Shown one piece after another: positions 19,679-28,042 of a stretch of 64,000 bases of DNA; the stretch's first letter is position 1; each line of letters opens with the position of its first letter. Position numbers and translations under genes: made by a program. The notes beneath the pieces were generated by a model that made no database searches, was not told the origin of the DNA, and saw nothing but the letters and a program-made list of their open reading frames with translations. The stretch is from an uncultured Oscillospiraceae bacterium. GTDB taxonomy: Bacteria > Bacillota > Clostridia > Oscillospirales > Ruminococcaceae. Location of the stretch: assembly GCA_934448295.1 (NCBI GenBank), contig CAKSEY010000004.1, positions 71,003 to 135,002 on the forward strand, written 5' to 3'.

Positions 19679-20239
19679 TTATTCTTCGCAGTACTCTGCG
19701 ATATAGGGCAGATTCCGGAACTTCTCGCCGCAGTCCAGCCCGTAGCCTATCACAAAATAATCCGGGATAGTGAACAGGGTACGGTCAGCGCTGAAATCTA
19801 CCACTCTCCGGGAGGGCTTGTCCAGAAGGGTCACGACCTCCAGCGAAAGCGGGTTTCTCTTTCTGAGAAGCTCCACCACCGCCGCAAGAGTCCTGCCGGT
19901 GTCGATAATGTCCTCGACTATCACCACATGATAGCCGCTGATGTCCTGGGTGATATCCTTGGTTATAGTGACATTGCCGCAGGATTCGGTGCCCTCATAA
20001 TAGCTCTTGGAGCACATGAACGCTACCTCGCAGGGTATCGTTACCGCGCGGCAGAAGTCAGCCATGAATATGAAGGCTCCGTTAAGTATGCTGACAAGAA
20101 GCAGAGGCTTGCCCGCATAATCCCTGCTGACCTCGGCGCCGACCTCGGCTATCCGGGACTTTATTTCCTCCTCGCCTATCAGAACGCGCTTTATGTGCTT
20201 TTCCATTTCCTTATCCAAAATGTACTTCCTCCCATGCAC
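19679..20239 (-). CDS. hpt: Hypoxanthine phosphoribosyltransferase
   Basis: PRPP-binding motif VVIVEDIIDTGRTL and a typical 186-aa HPRT. Confidence 0.9.
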   Translation of the reverse strand: MHGRKYILDKEMEKHIKRVLIGEEEIKSRIAEVGAEVSRDYAGKPLLLVSILNGAFIFMADFCRAVTIPCEVAFMCSKSYYEGTESCGNVTITKDITQDISGYHVVIVEDIIDTGRTLAAVVELLRKRNPLSLEVVTLLDKPSRRVVDFSADRTLFTIPDYFVIGYGLDCGEKFRNLPYIAEYCEE

Positions 20240-20379
20240 CGCTCCTGCGGCGCTGTATTTTCAGAATGAACCCTCATTCCGGTTATGACTGATTCTTTTA
20301 TTATAGCTTAACGGGACGCATATTTCAACCCTTTTAAAGAAATTTCGTCAAATATGCGTAATTTTTTTGGTTTTATCTA

Positions 20380-20408
20380 TTGACATTGATGTATCTAAAA
20401 GGTATAAT
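20380..20408 (+). promoter_or_regulatory. Consensus sigma-A promoter upstream of tcdA
   Basis: Perfect TTGACA-17 nt-TATAAT. Confidence 0.6.
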
Positions 20409-20432
20409 ATATCAGAATGATAGGTTTTCTGT

Positions 20433-20486
20433 CTGCCGATAAACCGCCGTCATGTGGGTTCCTGGGATCCGGCGGTTTCCCGGCAG
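20433..20486 (+). promoter_or_regulatory. Leader hairpin (attenuator-like) in the tcdA 5' UTR; member of the CTGYCGATAAAC repeat family
   Basis: Arms ctgccgataaaccgccg / cggcggtttcccggcag (17 bp, 2 mismatches), followed by gctgaattttgactttt. It lies between the promoter and the ATG at 20536. Confidence 0.4.
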
Positions 20487-20535
20487 GCTGAATTTTGACT
20501 TTTCATAAATCCTGATTTTATAAAGGAGCTAAAAA

Positions 20536-21303
20536 ATGCTTAATCAGTTTTCAAGGACAGAGTTGATTTTCGGCAGGGAGGCTATGGAGAAGCTCGCCGC
20601 CTCCCGCGTTGCCATATTCGGAATCGGCGGAGTGGGCGGCTTCACCGCCGAGGCGCTCGCAAGAAGCGGAGTCGGCACCCTTGACCTCATCGACGACGAC
20701 AGGGTGTGCCTTACCAACATCAACCGCCAGATCTTCGCCACGAGAAAGACGGTCGGGAAGCTCAAGATAGATGTTGCAAAAGAACGGCTGATCGACATCA
20801 ATCCCGACATGACCGTCAACACCTACAAGACGTTCTATATGCCTGAGACCGCAGACCAGTTCGACTTCTCCCAATACGACTATGTTGTGGACGCCATCGA
20901 CACAGTGACCGGAAAAATAGAGCTAGTGATGAACGCGGACAAATGCCATACTCCGATAATATGCTCTATGGGCGCGGGAAACAAGGTAGACCCCACCCGG
21001 TTCGAGGTCGCGGATATTTACAGCACCTCCGTCTGCCCGCTTGCCCGGGTAATGAGATACGAGCTGAAGAAGCGCGGTATAAGGAAGCTGAAAGTTGTAT
21101 ACTCAAAGGAAAAGCCGATAACCCCGGTGGACGATATGGCGATAAGCTGCAAGCAGCACTGCATATGCCCTCCCGGGACGGCGCGCAAGTGCACCCAGAG
21201 GAATCAGGTTCCCGGAAGCAACGCGTTCGTTCCGTCCGTTGTAGGGCTGATCATCGCCGGGGAGGTCATCAAGGACATAACAGGATTCAGAGGGGTGAAG
21301 TAA
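20536..21303 (+). CDS. tcdA: tRNA threonylcarbamoyladenosine dehydratase (ThiF/MoeB-family, TcdA/CsdL)
   Basis: Rossmann GIGGVGG motif and TcdA-type sequence (TLDLIDDDRVCLTNINRQI). Confidence 0.85.
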   Translation: MLNQFSRTELIFGREAMEKLAASRVAIFGIGGVGGFTAEALARSGVGTLDLIDDDRVCLTNINRQIFATRKTVGKLKIDVAKERLIDINPDMTVNTYKTFYMPETADQFDFSQYDYVVDAIDTVTGKIELVMNADKCHTPIICSMGAGNKVDPTRFEVADIYSTSVCPLARVMRYELKKRGIRKLKVVYSKEKPITPVDDMAISCKQHCICPPGTARKCTQRNQVPGSNAFVPSVVGLIIAGEVIKDITGFRGVK

Positions 21304-22268
21304 TGAGAGCAGTTGACCCAAACGCACAGCCGGAGGTTCAGCGCGTGCTGGACTACCTCGCGGAAATACGCGGGAAGAAGCTTATTCTCGGGCAGCACAC
21401 CCAGACTATGGCGCAGGAGGAGCTTTCCTGCATAAAGAAGATCACCGGGCAGCTCCCGGCGCTATGCGGGTTTGAGCTGCTGGGCTACTCGCCGAATATC
21501 CGCCCGGAGCTTTCCGGCGAGGACTGCATGACCGAGGTCGAAGAAGCCCGCGGAACGCTCCGCAGGGCATGGGAGTGGGCAAGGCTCGGCGGACTTATCA
21601 CGTTCACCTGGCACTGGTTCTCCCCTCTCGGCGGAAGGGACAAGTCCTTCTTTTCGGTGAACACGGATTTCAGCGCGGCAAAGGCGGCTCAGCCAGGCAC
21701 AGCGGAAAACCTCGCGTTCCTGAACGACTTAGATTACATGGCGGGACTGCTCCGGCCGTTCTGCGACGAGCACATTCCTATCCTCTGGCGGCCTTTCCAT
21801 GAATCCGAGGGCGACTGGTTCTGGTGGAGCCGCGACGGCGCGGAAGCCTGCCGGAAGCTTTACGCGATAATGTTCGACCGCTTTGTGAACAGGCACCAAC
21901 TGCACAATCTCATTTGGGTGCACAATTCCCCGAAGCCGGAGAACTACCCCGGCGACAGCATGGCTGACGTTATCTCCCGGGATCTCTACCCGCCGGAGCA
22001 CCAGCACACAGACCTCTCGCGGGAATACACCGAACTAAGGCAGGTGACCGCAGCGGACAAGCTGTGCGCAGTCGCGGAAATCGGCACTATCCCTGACGTT
22101 CCTGCGCTGACTGAGCACAAAATACCCTGGTGCTGGTTCATGACCTGGTCGAAGGACTTCACCTGCACCGAGAAATTCACCAGCTTTGACGAGCTTCGCC
22201 GCGCGTATAGCTGCGTGAACGCAGTAACTTTGGAGCGGCTTCCAAAGCTGTACGAATGTAAGCTATAA
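21303..22268 (+). CDS. Glycoside hydrolase family 26-like protein (putative intracellular beta-mannanase)
   Basis: Start reassigned to ATG 21303 (GAGGGG RBS; TAATG overlap with the tcdA stop). The WRPFHESEGDWFWW block matches the GH26 acid/base region; a later AEIG is a nucleophile candidate. No signal peptide. Confidence 0.65.
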   Translation: MRAVDPNAQPEVQRVLDYLAEIRGKKLILGQHTQTMAQEELSCIKKITGQLPALCGFELLGYSPNIRPELSGEDCMTEVEEARGTLRRAWEWARLGGLITFTWHWFSPLGGRDKSFFSVNTDFSAAKAAQPGTAENLAFLNDLDYMAGLLRPFCDEHIPILWRPFHESEGDWFWWSRDGAEACRKLYAIMFDRFVNRHQLHNLIWVHNSPKPENYPGDSMADVISRDLYPPEHQHTDLSREYTELRQVTAADKLCAVAEIGTIPDVPALTEHKIPWCWFMTWSKDFTCTEKFTSFDELRRAYSCVNAVTLERLPKLYECKL

Positions 22269-22295
22269 AATAATTTCCCGAAGTGTAAACTGCGG

Positions 22296-22398
22296 GACAG
22301 GCTGTCGATAAACATTCAGATTCTAGGAAGCGGCATTTCGGCTAGGCTTTATGTCTGCCGAATATACCGCTGACGACGAAGACGAGCGTTTATCGGCA
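22296..22398. terminator. Long bidirectional hairpin between the GH26 gene(+) and the AraC gene(-); repeat-family member
   Basis: 16-bp arms caggctgtcgataaac / gtttatcggcagcctg around a ~70-nt structured loop, followed by attttgtttatt. Confidence 0.5.
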
Positions 22399-22410
22399 GC
22401 CTGATTTTGT

Positions 22411-23286
22411 TTATTCTGATTTCCCCTGTTTCATGCGGAACTGCTTGGGGGTAGTTCCGCGCAGCTTCTTAAAGCTTTTTATCAAATGGGAGCAATCGGA
22501 AAATCCGGTTTCCTGGCTGATTTTATTGAGGTCGAAATCCGTGAATACCAGAAATTCCTCCGCCTTGATTATGCGCATTTCCTCGATGTATTCCTTACAG
22601 GTCTTGCCGTAAACCGACAGGAATTTCTTGGCGAAATAGGAGTAGCTCATACCGCAGCGGGCGGCAACGTCACTCACCTGCACCCCCTCGGACAGCTTTT
22701 CGTCTATGTATTCGGTAATGTTGTAGATGTCGTAGCGGGAATCCTCCGAGTACGCGTCGCTGTCCACCGAAAACCCATGCGACTGCCAGCACCTTATTAT
22801 TTCAAGAAGCAGCCCGTAGAGGTCAGTCCTTATCATCAGGTCAAAGCCGTAGCTCTGGCGGTGCATTTCGGTTACGCAGTTCAGGAACACGCGTTCCGCG
22901 TCAAAACCGGCGGCCTCGGAAGCGGGAAAGTAGGTGCTCATTCCCTTTTTTTCGGCGCTGCGGAAAATACTGCGGAGCTTCGGGGCGTAGCTGGTGGTAA
23001 GGCTCATTCTGCTGATATCCAGCTTTATCACGGCATAGCGCGCAAAGCTTCCGTCCGGGGAAGATATCGAGTGCACCGCTTTCGGGTGGAAAAGCACCAT
23101 ATCCCCCTTGCCGGCGGTGTATTTTTCCGAGCCGCAGGTCATTTCGGCGGTGCCCTCCATCATGTAGATAAGCTCCATGTAAAAATGCCAGTGCGGGTGG
23201 ATCGGGAAGAACCTCGAATCCGTGTCGAAAAAGAAGCACTCCACCGGGCGGTTGAGCACATCGCCCTCCTCATAGAGAAAATACAA
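22411..23286 (-). CDS. AraC-family transcriptional regulator (cupin sensor plus HTH)
   Basis: N-terminal cupin-like region and C-terminal AraC HTH (YSYFAKKFLSVYGKTCKEYIEEMRI...). Confidence 0.85.
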   Translation of the reverse strand: MYFLYEEGDVLNRPVECFFFDTDSRFFPIHPHWHFYMELIYMMEGTAEMTCGSEKYTAGKGDMVLFHPKAVHSISSPDGSFARYAVIKLDISRMSLTTSYAPKLRSIFRSAEKKGMSTYFPASEAAGFDAERVFLNCVTEMHRQSYGFDLMIRTDLYGLLLEIIRCWQSHGFSVDSDAYSEDSRYDIYNITEYIDEKLSEGVQVSDVAARCGMSYSYFAKKFLSVYGKTCKEYIEEMRIIKAEEFLVFTDFDLNKISQETGFSDCSHLIKSFKKLRGTTPKQFRMKQGKSE

Positions 23287-23306
23287 AGCAAATCACCGCC
23301 GTTCAG

Positions 23307-24137
23307 TTAACCGCGCCATTTTAGCTGCCAGAACGCCACCGCCCCCGCCGCCGCAACGTTGAGAGAATCCACGCCCAGGGACATCGGTATCTTCACCGTG
23401 TAATCGCAGGAGGCTATCGTGCTGTGGGAAAGCCCATCGCCCTCGGTTCCGAGGATAATTGCAAGCTTATCCTCGGCGGCGAGCGCGGGGTCGTCAATGC
23501 TGACGGAATCGTCCGTGAGCGCCATAGCGGCAGTTTTGAAGCCCCACTGGTTCAGCAGCGCAAGTCCCTTTCCGGGCCAGTCCTCCGGCTCGTCGCCTAT
23601 CTGCGCCCAGGGAATTATCAGCACAGTCCCCATGCTGACCCTAACCGCCCTGCGCAGAAGCGGGTCGCAGCAGGACGGAGTTGTGAGCACCGCGTCGATT
23701 CCCAGCGCCGCCGCGGAGCGGAAAATCGCGCCTATGTTCGTTGTGTCCACGATGTTTTCCAGAACTGCGATTCTGTGCGCGCTGCGGCAGAGCTCCTCGG
23801 CGCTCCTTGGCTTTGGGCGGCGGACTGCGCACAGCACTCCCCGGTTCAGCTTGTAGCCCGTCATTTTTGAGAGCAGCTCCGGCTCCGCGAGATACACCGG
23901 GATATCCCCGCAGCGGGAAACTATATCCGCCGCGCAGCCGTCAAGACAGCGCTTCTCCGTCAGCATTGAAACCAGCTCATAGCCCTGGTCTATCGCAAGG
24001 GAGATCACCTTCGGGCTTTCCGCTATGAAGATCCCCTTTTCCGGCTCCAGCCTGTTTCGAAGCTGAGCCTCCGTCAGTTTTGTATAAACCTCGCAGCCCG
24101 GGGCGCCGAGGTCGTTTATTTCTATGTATTCCGGCAT
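23307..24137 (-). CDS. TrmH/SpoU-family RNA 2'-O-methyltransferase (RlmB-like)
   Basis: SpoU motifs ENIVDTTNIGAIFRSAAALG and LGTEGDGLS, plus an N-terminal substrate-binding domain. Confidence 0.85.
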   Translation of the reverse strand: MPEYIEINDLGAPGCEVYTKLTEAQLRNRLEPEKGIFIAESPKVISLAIDQGYELVSMLTEKRCLDGCAADIVSRCGDIPVYLAEPELLSKMTGYKLNRGVLCAVRRPKPRSAEELCRSAHRIAVLENIVDTTNIGAIFRSAAALGIDAVLTTPSCCDPLLRRAVRVSMGTVLIIPWAQIGDEPEDWPGKGLALLNQWGFKTAAMALTDDSVSIDDPALAAEDKLAIILGTEGDGLSHSTIASCDYTVKIPMSLGVDSLNVAAAGAVAFWQLKWRG

Positions 24138-24282
24138 TTTCTCACACTTATCCTTCTGGAATTTATAATCCTATTATAGTACAAACCGCTCCAAAAATCA
24201 AGTGCTGTCCGGATGGACTTTTTGGCTGTTCAGCACTTTTCTGACATTCGTCAGTTTAGACATATTGATTTCACAAAACCGC

Positions 24283-24311
24283 TTGATTTTTTGGCAGATT
24301 AGTGATAAAAT
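24283..24311 (+). promoter_or_regulatory. Putative sigma-A promoter for the second GH5 gene
   Basis: TTGATT-17 nt-TAAAAT about 45 nt upstream of ATG 24359. Confidence 0.4.
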
Positions 24312-24358
24312 ATAACCTGTAATCGTTTTAAACGATATTATTTACCTGGAGGTTACAT

Positions 24359-26188
24359 ATGAATTTATCGAATTTTGCGGGATCAAAGGGGCTTGCCGTG
24401 ATCCTTGCGGCGGCGCTCTCCATGACCGGCTGCTCCGGCGGCAGTTCTTCCCTGCCGGAAAGCTCCGTGCAGTCTGACGCGGAAACGCCTGATTCCGCCG
24501 CTGAGAGCACTCCCGGCGCGCAGGCTTCCACGGAGGCGAACAGCATGACGTCACTTGAAGTTATCCGCGCTATGGGCAACGGGATAAACCTTGGAAATAC
24601 CCTGGAAGCATACAATCATGCGGGATATCTGAACGGTCAGAACCCCACGGACGCGGAAATTTCATGGGGTCAGCCGAGAACCACTCAGGAAATGATACAG
24701 GGAATGAAGTCCGCTGGCTTCGATACTATCCGTATTCCTGTCGCGTGGACAAACGGAATGAACTACGAATCCGGAGATTACACCATTGATTCAAGGCTGA
24801 TGGACCGCGTTGACGAAGTCGTCACCTGGGCGCTGGACGCTGATATGTACGTCATAGTCAACGACCACTGGGACGGAAGCTGGTGGGGAATGTTCGGAGC
24901 CGCCGAGCAGGAAACCCGCGACAAGGCAATGGAAATGTACAAGGCTATGTGGACGCAGATAGGCGAGCACTTCGCCGACCGTTCCTACAAGCTGATTTTT
25001 GAGTCCGCGAACGAGGAGCTGGGCGACCGCCTTAACGACAAGGACGTCACCGGAACCAAGGGAAAGCTCACGGAAAATGAGTGCTACGAAACCACGAACC
25101 TCATCAACAGCGAGTTTGTGAAGCTCATAAGAAGCCAGGGCGGTATGAACGCAGACAGATTCCTGCTTATCGCGGGCTACAACACGGATATTGCCAAGAC
25201 CTGCGACGACCGCTTCAAAATGCCGGAAGATTCTGCGGACAGCAAGCTGCTGCTCTCCGTTCACTACTACACTCCGTGGGACTACTGCGGAACGGACGGT
25301 GTGAACCAGTGGGGCTCCCCCGGAGACTATGACGAGCAGAACGGACTTTTCGAGAAGCTCAGCAAATTCTCCGACCAAGGGTACGGCGTGGTCATCGGTG
25401 AATACGCCGTCATGATGAAAAACGGCGGTATCAAGGAGGACACGGACAGATTTTACTCCAACCTGATGGACAACTGCGACCTGTACGATTTCTGCCCCGT
25501 GCTGTGGGATTGCAGCAACTTCTACAAGAGAATAACCAACACGCTTTCCGACGAGAAGCTGGCGGAGCTGTTCAGTGAAAGAGCCGTGGCAAACGAGGCT
25601 GGAAAAACCACTGAGGAAATAAAATCCGAAGCTAAGACCAGGATAGAGGAAACCCGGGCGAACGCTGAATCCGAGGCAATGGCGGATGTGGAGCTTCCCC
25701 CCTCTGAGGACGCGGCGATCGCGTGGATAATGTTCCAGAGCAGCGATTATACCAAGGCTTACAGCGTTGGCGACACCTACGACCCCACCAACAAAACCAA
25801 GGGTATCCGCGAAAAGAACGCGCTCATCATCGGCGCGGGAACTTACACAGTAAGCCTTGATTTCTCGAAATGTGGAGCAGCAAAGGGCGTTGCGTTCTCG
25901 GCGCTCGGCATTTCAAACGGCGAGGATCTTTTCCCGGGCTACACCTACACCATCGACAAGATACTGGTGAACAACGCGCCCTACGACCTTGACGGCAAGG
26001 AATTCACGACCTCTGACGACAAGCACTGCACGAGAGTTAACCTCTACAACGGCTGGGTAAGCAGCCTGCCCAAAGAAGCGCGCACTACTGACGGAGACCT
26101 CACAGACTGCTCCGCTCAGATAATGAACATCGGCGACAAGACGTTTATCGAATCTATTTCGGTAACATTCACCGTTCATGAGCCGTAA
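24359..26188 (+). CDS. GH5-family glycoside hydrolase lipoprotein with a C-terminal ~200-aa beta-rich unknown domain
   Basis: Lipobox LSMTGCSG; GH5 landmarks RIPVAW, ESANEE (acid/base), HYYTPW and VIGEYAV (nucleophile). The C-terminal region is unassigned and possibly CBM-like. Confidence 0.8.
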   Translation: MNLSNFAGSKGLAVILAAALSMTGCSGGSSSLPESSVQSDAETPDSAAESTPGAQASTEANSMTSLEVIRAMGNGINLGNTLEAYNHAGYLNGQNPTDAEISWGQPRTTQEMIQGMKSAGFDTIRIPVAWTNGMNYESGDYTIDSRLMDRVDEVVTWALDADMYVIVNDHWDGSWWGMFGAAEQETRDKAMEMYKAMWTQIGEHFADRSYKLIFESANEELGDRLNDKDVTGTKGKLTENECYETTNLINSEFVKLIRSQGGMNADRFLLIAGYNTDIAKTCDDRFKMPEDSADSKLLLSVHYYTPWDYCGTDGVNQWGSPGDYDEQNGLFEKLSKFSDQGYGVVIGEYAVMMKNGGIKEDTDRFYSNLMDNCDLYDFCPVLWDCSNFYKRITNTLSDEKLAELFSERAVANEAGKTTEEIKSEAKTRIEETRANAESEAMADVELPPSEDAAIAWIMFQSSDYTKAYSVGDTYDPTNKTKGIREKNALIIGAGTYTVSLDFSKCGAAKGVAFSALGISNGEDLFPGYTYTIDKILVNNAPYDLDGKEFTTSDDKHCTRVNLYNGWVSSLPKEARTTDGDLTDCSAQIMNIGDKTFIESISVTFTVHEP

Positions 26189-26201
26189 TATATAAGAAAT
26201 C

Positions 26202-26236
26202 AGCCGCTCCCGGATTAATGGGAGCGGCTCTTTTTT
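26202..26236. terminator. Bidirectional terminator between the GH5 gene(+) and the ABC exporter(-)
   Basis: agccgctccc-N8-gggagcggct followed by CTTTTTTAT; an A-tract lies on the other side. Confidence 0.6.
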
Positions 26237-28031
26237 ATACCGATTGCGCTGTATACAGCTTATAGTAATCGCCTTTCTTTGCCATGAGCTCGTCATGAGT
26301 TCCAGCTTCGGTGATACCCTTGTTGGAAACGTACATTATCCTGTCGCAGCTTCTGATCGTGGAAAGCCGGTGCGCGATAATGAATGAAGTCCTGCCTTTC
26401 AGCAGATGATTCAGTCCATTCTGGAGGTAGCGCTCCGTCTTGGCGTCGATGGAGGAGGTCGCCTCGTCAAGCACCAGTATCTTCGGGTCGGAAACTATCG
26501 TCCTAGCAAATGCAATAAGCTGCTTCTGTCCCTGGGACAGCCCGGCGCCGCGCTCGTTCACAGCCGTATTGTAGCCGTCCGGCAGCGACTCTATATAGCT
26601 GTCGATCCCGACTATTCTGCAGGCGCTGCGTATCTCCTCGTCCGTTGCGTCCAGCTTGCCGTAGGCTATATTGTCGCGTATCGTTCCGCTGAAAATAAAG
26701 CTGTCCTGGAGCATTATGCCCATCTGCGAACGCAGAGAATGAAGCGTGACCTTTGAAATGTCGCTGTCGTCAATATCGACCTCGCCGCCGCTCAGGTTAT
26801 AGAACCGCGATATCAGGTTGACTATAGTGGTTTTCCCGGCTCCCGTGGGGCCTACCAGCGCCACGCTCTCCCCCGCCCTTACGTCAAAGGAGAGGTGCTC
26901 CAGTATGTTGATCCCCGGCTCGTAGGCGAAGGTCACGTCCCTGAAATGAACGTCCCCGCGGATCTCCGGCATTTCAGAGGCGTCTGGAGCGTCGTCCACC
27001 GTCACAGGCTCGTCCATCATCTCAAAGATACGCTCGAGGTTCGCCACCGCGTTGATGAACGTGTTCATCAGGTTGGAGAGGTTCATCAGCGGCTGCCAGA
27101 ATCTCGCGGAATAATCGGTCATTGCGATAATGGTACCAAAGGAAACCACGCCGCGCATTCCAATAAGTCCCACGCCGAAAATGAACGCCCTTACGATGAT
27201 TGACACAACGTCCGTGCTCGGCCATACCAGGTTTGAATATCGAACAGCCTTCATCCAGGCTTTTTTGTATTTCTTCGCCAGCTTGTCGTTTATTTCCGCG
27301 TTTTCCTCCTCGCGGGTGAACATCTGTGAGATCTTCACGCCGACAATGCTTTCATGCAGGTATGCGTTAAGGTTGGAGCTCTTGTTGGAAACCTGCTGCC
27401 ATGCCTTGCGCTGACCGTTCTTGATTATCAGCATTATCGCCGCGTAAACCGGAAGTCCCGCCATAGTTATCAGCGCAAGCTGCCAGTTCACAAAGAACAT
27501 GAACACCGTTATGAACAGCAGGTTGATTATCTCCAGAATGAAGTTTATCAGACCGTTCGTCATCAGGTCGGATATCGCGTTAATATAGTTGATGATACGC
27601 GTCAGAATCTTGCCGTGCGGGCGGCTGTCGTAATATTCAAAGCTCAGCCGCTGCATATGCTTGAAAAGATCCTTGCGGATATCGTAAACTATGTCCTGAC
27701 CCACCTTGGTCATCATCACTGAACGGATCTTCGCGAACACAACGCTCACAATAATGCAGACCAGCACCGCAAGTCCACTCAGGATAATGTACTTCACGCG
27801 GTCGTCAGGGCTGACGGCGGACTGCTGGTCTGCCGGTATCATGTAGTTATCTATCGCGTTCTGGACTATCATAGGCGAAAGCAGCCCGATAACGGAGCCG
27901 AGCGCGCTCAGGATAAGCGCAATGGCTATCCTCTTTTTGTACTTCGCCGCGTATACCAGCGAACGTTTCAGGTGCCGTATGTCGAACGGGGTCTCAAGCA
28001 CCTCGTCAACGTCAAATTTGTTTCTAGCCAT
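26235..28031 (-). CDS. ABC exporter, fused permease/ATPase subunit (heterodimer partner B)
   Basis: 6-TM domain plus NBD with Walker A GPTGAGKTT, signature LSQGQKQ and Walker B ILVLDEATS. Confidence 0.9.
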   Translation of the reverse strand: MARNKFDVDEVLETPFDIRHLKRSLVYAAKYKKRIAIALILSALGSVIGLLSPMIVQNAIDNYMIPADQQSAVSPDDRVKYIILSGLAVLVCIIVSVVFAKIRSVMMTKVGQDIVYDIRKDLFKHMQRLSFEYYDSRPHGKILTRIINYINAISDLMTNGLINFILEIINLLFITVFMFFVNWQLALITMAGLPVYAAIMLIIKNGQRKAWQQVSNKSSNLNAYLHESIVGVKISQMFTREEENAEINDKLAKKYKKAWMKAVRYSNLVWPSTDVVSIIVRAFIFGVGLIGMRGVVSFGTIIAMTDYSARFWQPLMNLSNLMNTFINAVANLERIFEMMDEPVTVDDAPDASEMPEIRGDVHFRDVTFAYEPGINILEHLSFDVRAGESVALVGPTGAGKTTIVNLISRFYNLSGGEVDIDDSDISKVTLHSLRSQMGIMLQDSFIFSGTIRDNIAYGKLDATDEEIRSACRIVGIDSYIESLPDGYNTAVNERGAGLSQGQKQLIAFARTIVSDPKILVLDEATSSIDAKTERYLQNGLNHLLKGRTSFIIAHRLSTIRSCDRIMYVSNKGITEAGTHDELMAKKGDYYKLYTAQSV

Positions 28032-28042
28032 ATATTACCACC

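Noticed and set aside
20943-21302. N-terminal 120-aa extension of the GH26 ORF (ORF track starts at 20943)
   Set aside because: The extension overlaps tcdA in another frame, is Arg/Gly-rich, and has no RBS. The ATG at 21303 has a GAGGGG RBS, and homology begins there.
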